Of a DNA stretch of 32,000 nt, positions 18,544-27,300 are shown piece after piece. The notes below the pieces were generated by a model that searched no databases, had not been told where the DNA came from, and saw only the letters and a program-made list of their open reading frames with translations. Made by a program: the position numbers and the translations under genes. Within the stretch, counting starts at the first letter, position 1, and every line of letters begins with the position of its first letter. The stretch spans positions 600,001-632,000 of the forward strand of contig NC_020304.1 in NCBI RefSeq assembly GCF_000341395.1, in the 5' to 3' direction. This stretch comes from Desulfocapsa sulfexigens DSM 10523. Its GTDB lineage: Bacteria > Desulfobacterota > Desulfobulbia > Desulfobulbales > Desulfocapsaceae.

Positions 18544-18843
18544 TTACTTTGAAACTTTGACTGTTGCGGGTGCCTTATTTACATATTTAAAAAATACCGG
18601 GAAGGCAACAAAGAAAGCCACACAGAGCAGATACTCAATACCTTTGATATGGGTGTAGTAATCAACCAGAGTATGCAGAGGTTTCACCATTCCGATTGCC
18701 ACCATATACTGTCCGGCAAGTTCGCTCACCGACCAGCCAACCGATGAAAGGGCACTGGTAAGGGCTGCACCAACCCAGAGACACATGATGGAACCGGCTG
18801 CGAGAAGTATTCTTGATCCTGTTTTTGATCTATTCTCTTTCAT
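18544..18843 (-). CDS. Uncharacterised 99-aa membrane protein (two hydrophobic segments), cassette copy A
   Basis: Open frame with a basic N-terminus and segments ILLAAGSIMCLWVGAALTSAL and YLLCVAFFVAFPVFF. Residues 6-93 are identical to the paralogue at 28400-28699 despite 15 silent nucleotide differences. Confidence 0.75.
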   Translation of the reverse strand: MKENRSKTGSRILLAAGSIMCLWVGAALTSALSSVGWSVSELAGQYMVAIGMVKPLHTLVDYYTHIKGIEYLLCVAFFVAFPVFFKYVNKAPATVKVSK

Positions 18844-18884
18844 GATATTATCCTTATTTCTCTATTTTAACTTGTGTGTGTTTT

Positions 18885-19079
18885 TCAGCCGATAACTGCA
18901 GTAAGGTATCCCTTGACAACGTTCAAAGGTCCCACGCTTATCATAGCGCTTGCGAGACAGGCAAATCCCCAGATGCCGACAAGGGCTGCCATGGTCATTC
19001 CAGCACCGAGTGCAAATGTAGAAGTTTCGTATCCGGCTTTAACCTGAGTAGTTGTGGTAGCTTGTGTGTTTGTATTCAT
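18885..19079 (-). CDS. Uncharacterised 64-aa single-pass membrane protein with Thr-rich N-terminus, cassette copy A
   Basis: GGAGG-N5-ATG at 19079 (the track's upstream ATG at 19091 overlaps the SD). TM segment FALGAGMTMAALVGIWGFACLASAMI. Paralogue at 28742-28936 shows silent differences in the conserved part. Confidence 0.7.
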   Translation of the reverse strand: MNTNTQATTTTQVKAGYETSTFALGAGMTMAALVGIWGFACLASAMISVGPLNVVKGYLTAVIG

Positions 19080-19136
19080 GGTACCCTCCATATAGAATTG
19101 ATTTGACTTACTTTTTCTTTTCTTTACCCTCTATAT

Positions 19137-19152
19137 AGCAGCTATCATGCCA
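19137..19152 (-). promoter_or_regulatory. Sigma54 -24/-12 promoter of cassette copy A
   Basis: Minus strand reads TGGCATGATAGCTGCT (GG-N10-GC), about 45 nt upstream of the first start codon. The same element is at the same offset in copy B. Confidence 0.6.
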
Positions 19153-19242
19153 GTTTCTGTCCTCTCTGTTTCATCTTTGCAATAAAGACGATAATACATT
19201 GATTCAACATGACATTTACTGGGATAATCACCAAAACTCCCC

Positions 19243-19273
19243 TGCGACACTTATGCGCCCTGGCAGTGTGGCA
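19243..19273. promoter_or_regulatory. Candidate enhancer-binding-protein site (UAS): TGCGACACT-N13-AGTGTGGCA
   Basis: Inverted repeat matching at 8 of 9 positions, about 100 nt upstream of the sigma54 element. Conserved with identical spacing in copy B (29100-29130). Confidence 0.45.
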
Positions 19274-19685
19274 AAACTCGGAACTGTAGTTTTAGGATGA
19301 GATTGTGTGGTTTGTGTCCTACGAATGTGTTGCAGGTCTTGCGGATAGGTGTCGCATTACGAAACAGGCAAGGAAACTGAGGAGATATTTAAACTGGGGG
19401 AAACTTCATTCTCTGTCAGGAAGTGGCACGATGGTGACAACTCATCCTGGGGCACCAGAATCTGTGGTGAACAGACATCTTAATTTCGGCCATGCGGATT
19501 GATTTTGTTCAGTGTTTACGATAAGCTTTTTTAAACAGAGTTTCCCTACGGAAAATCGGATCGGTGAAAAAAAGTACGGGTTGTATACGATGAAAAAAGT
19601 TGGGTTTTAAACTTTTCTTCACGCTAACCACGCTATGTCCTGACCATCTAAGCTTTTAGGAAGAAAAACCTTGAGGAGTATATAA

Positions 19686-20492
19686 ATGAAACGACTGTGT
19701 ATTACCAGAAAACTATTTTTACTTGCTTTCATCGTCTTTTTTTCGCCTCCTCCAGTCTCTGCAACAAATGCTGAACTCACCCTGGCCATTGCTGATTCCA
19801 CCTGCAGCACCATTAAGCAAGTAGGAAAAATTTTCAGCCGGCAAACCAACATTAAACTCAATTATATCTGCCAGTCTTCAGGATTACTTGTTAAAGGAAT
19901 TATAGAAGAGGCCATACTCCCTGATTACTTCCTCTCCGCCAACAAAAAATGGATGAACATCGTGGTAGAGGCTGGCTATGTTGATTCTGCCGCAGTAACA
20001 ACAAACTGGGGGAATCAACTGGTGGTGACTTCTTTTCCATCCAAAACGGGTGATTTACAATTGCAAGGCTTAGCTGACCTGCTCACTCCGTCGGTAGAAA
20101 AGGTGCTTATAGGAGACCCGGAAATCGCCCCTTACGGAGCGTACGCCAAACAGGCGCTGGTCAATGCCGATATGTGGGAAAAAATCCAGCCTAAGCTCAA
20201 AATTAGTCCCAAAATAAGCCTATCCATTAGATCACTGAAAAAATTAAGCCTGACAACACCCTGCATCGTCGCCTTCTTGTATAAAACAAATATCAGCGAC
20301 AAAATGCAGATACATTTTGCTGTTCCCCAAAACCTTTATCCTCGGATAAATTATTTTTCGGCACCACTCATAAGGTCTGTACAAAAAACAGAAATGGCAC
20401 TTTTTCTTGATTTCATCAGAGGAGATAAGGCCTCCTCTATTTTCGAATCCGCAGGTTTTGTTGTTAACTTGCCTGCTCAGAGTCATCACTAA
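19686..20492 (+). CDS. Orphan ModA-like periplasmic oxyanion-binding protein (no cognate permease or ATPase adjacent)
   Basis: Signal peptide ending VSA. LTLAIADST, QSSGLLVKGI, SANKKWMN and AFLYKTNI align with VAASMTDAF, ASSGSLAKQI, SANKKWMD and AFIYKTDA of the canonical ModA in this window. Confidence 0.8.
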   Translation: MKRLCITRKLFLLAFIVFFSPPPVSATNAELTLAIADSTCSTIKQVGKIFSRQTNIKLNYICQSSGLLVKGIIEEAILPDYFLSANKKWMNIVVEAGYVDSAAVTTNWGNQLVVTSFPSKTGDLQLQGLADLLTPSVEKVLIGDPEIAPYGAYAKQALVNADMWEKIQPKLKISPKISLSIRSLKKLSLTTPCIVAFLYKTNISDKMQIHFAVPQNLYPRINYFSAPLIRSVQKTEMALFLDFIRGDKASSIFESAGFVVNLPAQSHH

Positions 20493-20501
20493 AAGGTCAC
20501 C

Positions 20502-23500
20502 ATGTCAGAAAAGAGTAAAAACAAAGAGGATCATTTTGCCTTCACCTTACGCAGGGGTTTAGGGAAAAATATTTTTGTCAGTTTCATGGTCCTTGCCCTT
20601 ATGCCACTTCTTGTGGCCAGCGTCCTGAGTTACCACAACGCCCACACCAGTCTACTCACCAAGGAAGTGAGGAATCTACAGACGGCCTTGTCGCTCCGAG
20701 GTCTTTATTTTGAGGCATATTTTCAGGAGCGCCTGGACGACCTGGCACTCCAGGCTGATCTCAGTGACAACATATTTCTCCTTCAGGATTTAAAAGAAAG
20801 CTATAACAAAAGTGGCCTCTCTCTCTCTCAGTTTGTTAAATCCTATAACCATACCAGAATTGTTACCGAACACTCTCAGGACCTTCAAGATTTCCAGGAG
20901 CGGGCTGGGTACTCGAATATTTACATGATAGACATTGCAGGTGATATCCTCTTTAGCATCACCGCAGAAGAAGATTTGGGCACTAACATTTTTCATGGCC
21001 CCTATCATGAGACAGAACTTGCCAAACTCTGCCGTCTCGCCATCGAAACAGGCCATTCTCTCGCCTCCGACCTAACGATCTATGGACCTTCCGGTACTGA
21101 GAAAACGCTGTTTACGGCTCAACTGATGGTGAATGATTATGGTGAAGAAATCGGCGTTCTGGTACTGCAAATCGAGTTAAAAAAAATAGACACGCTCATG
21201 GCAGATGTCAGTGGGCTTGGCAAAACCGGTCAGATTTTTGTAGTTGGCAACGATAGCACCCTGCGCAGCACCCTTCGCAGCGACAGGACAAAGCAGGTCC
21301 TGTCAACTGATGTAAACAACCCGCTGGTTACGAAATGGCTTCAGAGAGAGGTAATTCGCCACGGGGTTGGCCATGAGGAAGCGAGAAAACACCTTCTCCT
21401 TGGTGATTTCGAGGGTTCTATCTATAAGGGACAGAGCGGCAACAATGTTCTAGGCATTTCCGCAGATATGGATTCTCTAGGCCAATATGATATGCACTGG
21501 CTGATGATTGCTGAAGTAGACGAGGCTGAAGTTTTAGAGGCCGCCAGCAATTTGCAGCACATGCTCATTCTCGTTGTCTCTTTCACCACCCTTTTTATTG
21601 TATTCCTGGCCGCTTTTCTCGCCCGGCGAATGATCATGCCGCTAGTGAGTCTTAGCGCCTGGGCAAAACAGGTCTCTACAGGTGATCTCTCTATCCATGA
21701 GATGCACCCTCCGTCCAATGAAATTGGCACTCTTTACCAAGCACTTTCCGACATGGTTGGTGAACTGCGAGAAATGATCGATGTTAAAGACCGCGAGGAC
21801 TGGTTCAAAACCGGGGAAACCGGCCTTGATAAAGAGATGAGAGGAGAAGGAAACATTGCCACGCTTGGCGATAAAATTCTTAATTATCTCTGCCGCTATC
21901 TTGAGTTACCCGTCGGCGTGTTTTTTGCCTACGAAAATGAGACTTTAAAATTCACGGCAGGCTATGCTTACAAAAAACAGACAGAAGACGACGACATTGT
22001 CTTTGCCTTGGGTGAGGGCCTGATCGGTCAGGCGGCCCGTGACAAGAGAAAAATTTATCTCCGCGAAGGGGCGGCTGAGGAAGCCCACCTGAAAACCACA
22101 TCGGGCCTTGGTATTGTGAATCTCCGATCTTTATTGATCATCCCTCTGGTGCGCGATGACAACATTCTTGGGGTACTTGAATTTGGCTCCAATCGGATTC
22201 TTACAGAAGAGGAAATAAACTTCCTCGAACATGTTTCCGAATCAACAGCAATCGCATTCCAGAGCTCTAATTCCAGGCAACAACTGCAGGTACTCCTCAA
22301 ACAAACCCAGGAGCAGACTGAGCAGCTTCAGACACAACAGCAAATCCTTGAGGAAAGGAATAAAAAAATTGAGCTGAGCAGCAAGTACAAATCGGAATTT
22401 CTGGCTAACATGAGTCATGAACTGCGAACTCCGCTCAACTCCATCCTTCTTCTTTCCAGCCTCATGGCTGACAACAAGCACAACGCCCTTTCAAAAGATG
22501 ATGTTGAGTCTGTTAAAATTATCAACAAGGCAGGTAACGATCTTCTCAATCTGATTAATGAAGTTCTTGATCTGGCTAAAGTCGAATCAGGCCACATGAC
22601 GATCGAGATTGACGATGTACAAATTGTTGAGCTCGCCCAGCACATGAAACATCTTTTCTATCCGGTTTGTGAAGACAAGGCGATTGATTTCAAGGTGACC
22701 TTAGATGAGAATATGCCAGACACCTTCAGAACCGATCAATCAAGGCTGGAGCAGATACTGAAAAACTTTTTGTCAAACAGCTGTAAATTCACAAAAAATG
22801 GCAAAGTATCACTGCATATCGGGAGAGTGGCCACACTTCATCCCGATTTAGCCAGCTCTACACCTGAAGAATTTATGTCACCAGAGAATCTGGCATTTAC
22901 CGTCACTGATAGTGGGATTGGTATTGCCAAAGAAAAGCAGGATCTTATTTTTGAATCCTTTCAGCAGGCAGATGGCAGTACCTGTCGTCAGTATGGTGGC
23001 ACTGGCCTGGGCTTGTCGATAAGCCTTGAAATGGCCAAGCTTCTGGGAGGATGTATTGTCATGACCAGCGAACCTGGTCAGGGATCTCAATTTTCCCTCA
23101 TTGTCCCTACAGAGCAGAACAATGAGGACAATGATTCCCATGGACGAATAACAGCAATACCAAGCAATCAAAGAACTACTTTACCTGTAACAGAGAAGGT
23201 GGTTACCCAAAAAAGTGCTGACAATGTTGCCGATGACAGAAAAAATATCCTGAACGATGATCTGGTTTTGTTAATTATTGATGATGATCCTGATTTTGCA
23301 ACGATTGTCCGTGACGTAGCCAGGAAACAGCAATTTAAGGTTTTGGTGGCTGAAAGCGGTGAGATTGGCCTGCAGCTCATCGAGTTATACAATATAACTG
23401 CTATTACTCTGGATATCGGTCTCCCGGGTATGAGCGGCTGGACCGTTCTCAGTCGGCTTAAAGAAGACAGCTCCACACGCCATATTCCTGTTCACGTTAT

Positions 23501-24452
23501 TTCTGCTTCAGATCACGATAATGAGGCCTTAAAAATGGGAGCCTTGAATTTTGTTACTAAACCGATAGATGCTGAAGTACTTATTGACGCATTAGTTCAG
23601 TTGCGTGACATGGCCTCTGCCCGAGGGAAAAAGGTTCTTCTGGTTGAAGATGACAACACCCTGTCACAGGTGTTGAAAAATTTCATCATGGCTGATGATA
23701 TTGAATTCCTTCGGGCATCGACCGGAGCACAAGCTCTTACCATTTTACGAGAAAGTACACCTGATTGCGTCATTCTGGATCTCGGTTTACCGGATATGGG
23801 TGGTGAAGAGTTGTTGCGGATAATTAACGACGTGGAGGAACTGCAGAAAATCCCGATAATTGTCTATACAGGGCAAGACCTGACATCACAGCAGAAGGCC
23901 TTGCTCGACCAATACAGTCGGACAACAATCTTGAAAGGTCCGTTGTCCCATGAACGCTTGTTGGCAGAGATAACCCTTTTTATGCATCGGGCTGAAAAAG
24001 ACCTACCTCCTCAGCAGCAGGAGATAGTGCAGCGCTTTTATAATAAAGAACATGTTTTTAAAGGTAGAAAAATTCTCCTGGTTGACGACGATATGCGCAA
24101 TGTTTTTTCTCTGCGCAAAATACTTTCGGACAAGGACTTAGATGTTGTTGTCGGTAAGAATGGCATGGAAGCCTTGGAGCAGTTAAAAAAGAATGATGAT
24201 ATTGATTTGGTACTCATGGATATCATGATGCCTGTTATGGACGGTTTCGAGGCCATGGCCAAAATACGCAAAGAGAAAAAGTTCAAAAATTTACCAATTA
24301 TTGCCATTACGGCCAAAGCCATGAAGGGAGATCGCAAAAAATGTATTGATGGCGGCGCCAATGACTATCTGGCAAAACCCATTGATACGGAAAGATTATT
24401 TGCCATGCTGAGGGTCTGGCTCCACGACCGGGAAAGCAATACAAACATATAA
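20502..24452 (+). CDS. Hybrid sensor histidine kinase: TM, about 300-aa extracytoplasmic domain, TM, HAMP, GAF, HisKA, HATPase, then three receiver domains
   Basis: H-box FLANMSHELRTPLNS (about 22410). N/G boxes (DSGIGI, GGTGLGLSI). Three receiver cores (LLIIDDD...TLDIGLPGMSG; VLLVEDD...ILDLGLPDMGG; ILLVDDD...LMDIMMPVMDG...ITAKA). GAF-like segment with LIGQAARD. No HPt motif seen. Confidence 0.9.
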   Translation: MSEKSKNKEDHFAFTLRRGLGKNIFVSFMVLALMPLLVASVLSYHNAHTSLLTKEVRNLQTALSLRGLYFEAYFQERLDDLALQADLSDNIFLLQDLKESYNKSGLSLSQFVKSYNHTRIVTEHSQDLQDFQERAGYSNIYMIDIAGDILFSITAEEDLGTNIFHGPYHETELAKLCRLAIETGHSLASDLTIYGPSGTEKTLFTAQLMVNDYGEEIGVLVLQIELKKIDTLMADVSGLGKTGQIFVVGNDSTLRSTLRSDRTKQVLSTDVNNPLVTKWLQREVIRHGVGHEEARKHLLLGDFEGSIYKGQSGNNVLGISADMDSLGQYDMHWLMIAEVDEAEVLEAASNLQHMLILVVSFTTLFIVFLAAFLARRMIMPLVSLSAWAKQVSTGDLSIHEMHPPSNEIGTLYQALSDMVGELREMIDVKDREDWFKTGETGLDKEMRGEGNIATLGDKILNYLCRYLELPVGVFFAYENETLKFTAGYAYKKQTEDDDIVFALGEGLIGQAARDKRKIYLREGAAEEAHLKTTSGLGIVNLRSLLIIPLVRDDNILGVLEFGSNRILTEEEINFLEHVSESTAIAFQSSNSRQQLQVLLKQTQEQTEQLQTQQQILEERNKKIELSSKYKSEFLANMSHELRTPLNSILLLSSLMADNKHNALSKDDVESVKIINKAGNDLLNLINEVLDLAKVESGHMTIEIDDVQIVELAQHMKHLFYPVCEDKAIDFKVTLDENMPDTFRTDQSRLEQILKNFLSNSCKFTKNGKVSLHIGRVATLHPDLASSTPEEFMSPENLAFTVTDSGIGIAKEKQDLIFESFQQADGSTCRQYGGTGLGLSISLEMAKLLGGCIVMTSEPGQGSQFSLIVPTEQNNEDNDSHGRITAIPSNQRTTLPVTEKVVTQKSADNVADDRKNILNDDLVLLIIDDDPDFATIVRDVARKQQFKVLVAESGEIGLQLIELYNITAITLDIGLPGMSGWTVLSRLKEDSSTRHIPVHVISASDHDNEALKMGALNFVTKPIDAEVLIDALVQLRDMASARGKKVLLVEDDNTLSQVLKNFIMADDIEFLRASTGAQALTILRESTPDCVILDLGLPDMGGEELLRIINDVEELQKIPIIVYTGQDLTSQQKALLDQYSRTTILKGPLSHERLLAEITLFMHRAEKDLPPQQQEIVQRFYNKEHVFKGRKILLVDDDMRNVFSLRKILSDKDLDVVVGKNGMEALEQLKKNDDIDLVLMDIMMPVMDGFEAMAKIRKEKKFKNLPIIAITAKAMKGDRKKCIDGGANDYLAKPIDTERLFAMLRVWLHDRESNTNI

Positions 24453-24515
24453 AATAGACGAACCAGGCAGAGCAGACCCACTGCATCTGTACTGATTTAT
24501 TACTGAGACTGCTAA

Positions 24516-25493
24516 ATGAATACACCTGAAATTCTTGTTGTAGATGATAGAGCGGAAAATCTTCTGGCCATGAAGCGGCTTTTCGAGGATTTTGATGCCG
24601 AAATATATGCCGTCTCATCAGGAAATGATGCTTTATCACTCGTTCTTGATCATGACTTTGCCCTCATTTTATTGGATGTCCAGATGCCAGACATGGATGG
24701 CTTCGAAACAGCGGAAATGATCCGTTTATCCGACGACAAAGCACATATCCCTATCATTTTTGTGACGGCTATCAGCAAAGAACAACAACATGTGTTCAAG
24801 GGATATGAAAGTGGGGCAGTTGATTATATTTTCAAGCCTGTGGACGGGAAAATTCTCCTCAGCAAAGCTGCCTTTTTCCTTACTCTTTACAGGCAAAAAC
24901 AGGAATTACAACAGCTGATAGAAGAATTAAACCAGTCTAAAGAACTCATCAAAAAACAAAATGAAGCATTAAGCCATCTGGCATTGCATGACGACCTTAC
25001 CGGTTTATACAATCGCAGGCATTTTAACACCATGCTGAAACAGGAATTTTACCGTAGTGAGCGTTATGGTAGCGACCTCGCCATTCTGATGCTCGACCTT
25101 GACCATTTCAAGAAGGTCAATGACACTAAAGGGCATGATTTCGGTGATTTTGTCCTTAAAGAGTTTGCACGAAGAATGAAAGAAACAAGTCGGCCCACAG
25201 ACCTGGTTTTTCGTTTCGGGGGCGAGGAATTTATCATTCTCCTGCCTCAGACCGACCTGGCAGGAGGCATACAGGTTGGAGAAAAAATTCGCAAAAGCTG
25301 TGAAAAAGAAATGTATAGCAAGGGGCCACTAGAACTTTCGGTGACCACAAGTATTGGGGCAGCAGCAATCCATAGCAATAAGCCGCAAAAAACTGGTGAC
25401 TTGATTCAAATGGTCGATATGGCATTATATCAGGCAAAAGATGGTGGTCGGAACAGGGTTGTCGGTTATAGAGGGGCAAAAACAAGTATATAG
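24516..25493 (+). CDS. Response regulator with GGDEF output (diguanylate cyclase, PleD/WspR-like)
   Basis: Receiver (ILVVDDR...LLDVQMPDMDGF...VTA), coiled linker, GGDEF domain with RPTD I-site 5 residues before GGEEF. Confidence 0.9.
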   Translation: MNTPEILVVDDRAENLLAMKRLFEDFDAEIYAVSSGNDALSLVLDHDFALILLDVQMPDMDGFETAEMIRLSDDKAHIPIIFVTAISKEQQHVFKGYESGAVDYIFKPVDGKILLSKAAFFLTLYRQKQELQQLIEELNQSKELIKKQNEALSHLALHDDLTGLYNRRHFNTMLKQEFYRSERYGSDLAILMLDLDHFKKVNDTKGHDFGDFVLKEFARRMKETSRPTDLVFRFGGEEFIILLPQTDLAGGIQVGEKIRKSCEKEMYSKGPLELSVTTSIGAAAIHSNKPQKTGDLIQMVDMALYQAKDGGRNRVVGYRGAKTSI

Positions 25494-25598
25494 ATGGAAA
25501 CAGGATTATTCAGTGCGAATCAACGGTTGTGAAGAAAATTCTTACAGTACCACACGTAAGATTAGTCATTTATTAAAAGCAAAGGACACTCGACAGTG

Positions 25599-25968
25599 AT
25601 GTACAATACAAAATATCTACTATTGACAACCTGTTTTTTTCTCCTTTTTGTGCCATTATCCACATTCGGAAAATGTATTGAGGGGGACATTTGTCACGCC
25701 CCAAGGAAGTAAATACGTTGGAGACTGGGAAAACGGCAAGAAAAACGGAGATGGCACCCTGACATCTCCAGATGGCTATCGGTATGTCGGCACCTTCAGC
25801 AATGACCGACCAGATGGGTTGGGGATATTGACTTTTGCTGATGGTAGAAAGTATCAGGGTGAGTTCAGGGATGACAAGCCACACGGCCAAGGCATTTTAA
25901 CCCTGCAGAACGGAGCCAGGCAAGAAGGTACATTCAGAGACGGTATATACGTAAATGGCCAGAACTGA
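25599..25968 (+). pseudogene. Exported MORN-repeat protein, apparently split from its signal peptide by a 1-nt frameshift (or sequencing error)
   Basis: ATG 25599 encodes MYNTKYLLLTTCFFLLFVPLSTFGKC... and stops at about 25710. The MORN repeats (YVGDWENGKKNGDG, YVGTFSNDRPDG, YQGEFRDDKPHGQG) are in the +1 frame (track ORF 25648-25968). Deleting one base from G5 (25682-25686) or A4 (25670-25673) fuses them into about 122 aa. Confidence 0.6.
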
Positions 25969-25998
25969 AGAACAACCAATCAGAAAGCTTACCACAAG

Positions 25999-26535
25999 TT
26001 AGTCAATCTGCAATTCTGAATCTTTGCAACCGCCACCACAGCGACACAAAAGAGGAGGTGGTTTGTGATTGCTGGAAAAGCCAAGAATACGTTCCAAAAC
26101 TCGAACCATCACCATAAAGTTGGACTCTGACAGACTACAGTCCGCATGAAGATGATAGAGTCGAGTTTCCTGGATTATGATAAAATCCCAACCATAGGTA
26201 AGCCCTATGTCTGGGTCTGCCTTATTGGAGACCTGTACAAAAGAATCGATAGTTGCTTTCTTGCTCCTATAGGTGCTTATGTCGAGAATCATCTTCAGAT
26301 GCACACCACCCTTGCCTGTATCCCCCTGACTCTCGAAAAAAATACGACGGTTTGCGCCCTCTTTTTGCTCAATACTGAAACTCCACGGTAATTCTGATAT
26401 CAACTCACCACATGAGGATTCAGTGCCGGGAATAACACAGGAAGCATTGGCAAATACAGAAAAGAGTAAAAAGAAGACTGACAAAAACAACAGCTTAAAG
26501 AAACGTTTTGAGAGGGGAAATCTCGCGGAGGTCAC
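25999..26535 (-). CDS. Hypothetical exported protein, 178 aa
   Basis: GTG start, hydrophobic signal-like N-terminus (FFKLLFLSVFFLLFSVFANA), Cys-rich C-terminus (LLCRCGGGCK). No family recognised. Confidence 0.55.
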   Translation of the reverse strand: MTSARFPLSKRFFKLLFLSVFFLLFSVFANASCVIPGTESSCGELISELPWSFSIEQKEGANRRIFFESQGDTGKGGVHLKMILDISTYRSKKATIDSFVQVSNKADPDIGLTYGWDFIIIQETRLYHLHADCSLSESNFMVMVRVLERILGFSSNHKPPPLLCRCGGGCKDSELQID

Positions 26536-26775
26536 ATTGTCACCTGAATACAGGTTGCTGGTTTTTATGAAAGCTGATAGAAATTGAGTACCTTAGAAAT
26601 TCATTTCCTGTTGTTTCTAAATGAATTCCAACAGTGTACTTGTTCTACTAATCTCTTGGGAATATCAGTAACACAATTTTACCGAATAGTACCCAAAAAT
26701 AGAAAATGCATATGATACAAAACGGTCACAGACACCCTTTAAGTAGAAGAACACTTGAATTTCAAAGAGAAGAAA

Positions 26776-27300
26776 ATGATTAAAATTCTGATGTTCGCAA
26801 TATCTCTTTTACTACTGAGCACTACTCTTTCCATGGCAGACAATGAATTCTTTCTAAAAATAGATATGACCTACAGCGAAACCAGCAAAGATTCAAACTC
26901 CCAAAGATACCTGATAGAGATGAAAGACAAAAATCTTAACTACGAATACAGCTACAGCGGGTTTCCGTTCCCTGAAAATAGCAATGAATCAGTAGCTCGC
27001 ACATTGAGCTCAGAAGAGTTGGATGGGATCATTACATATATAAAAAATAAAAAAATTAATACCTCCATAGTAGAGAACAAACCTCAAACTGCCAATGGCT
27101 CAACAAACAGGATACACCTTTCTTTATTGTTAACATTAGATGGGCAAACCGTTGAATCTGAAATTTCCGGTATTCTCAACATATCCAGAGCAGATGGAAA
27201 GACAAGTAGTGTAACTCTAGAAAACAAATCATATATTAAGAATGTTCATTTTTTAGTACAACGCCTAAAAGCCAGTAGCTCTGAAAAAATTAGAAATTAA
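26776..27300 (+). CDS. Hypothetical exported protein, about 174 aa
   Basis: MIKILMFAISLLLLSTTLSMA signal peptide in a very A+T-rich, Asn/Ser/Lys-rich ORF. Its stop overlaps the next start (TAATG). No family recognised. Confidence 0.55.
   Translation: MIKILMFAISLLLLSTTLSMADNEFFLKIDMTYSETSKDSNSQRYLIEMKDKNLNYEYSYSGFPFPENSNESVARTLSSEELDGIITYIKNKKINTSIVENKPQTANGSTNRIHLSLLLTLDGQTVESEISGILNISRADGKTSSVTLENKSYIKNVHFLVQRLKASSSEKIRN

Larger units (their letters stand above)
18461..19350 (-). repeat. Direct repeat copy A (about 0.9 kb: terminator, two small genes, promoter, upstream conserved blocks)
   Basis: Aligns by eye with 28327-29215 at a constant offset of about 9857 nt. Confidence 0.85.

Noticed and set aside
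19305-19502. 65-aa + strand ORF upstream of cassette A, whose beginning (VW..CVAGLADRC) is partly mirrored upstream of cassette B (VW..CVASLTDRC)
   Set aside because: The copy B frame stops after about 25 codons. The two differences inside the conserved 27-nt block are both non-synonymous, and similarity ends abruptly. Conservation is better explained as DNA-level regulatory blocks of the divergent cassette promoter region.
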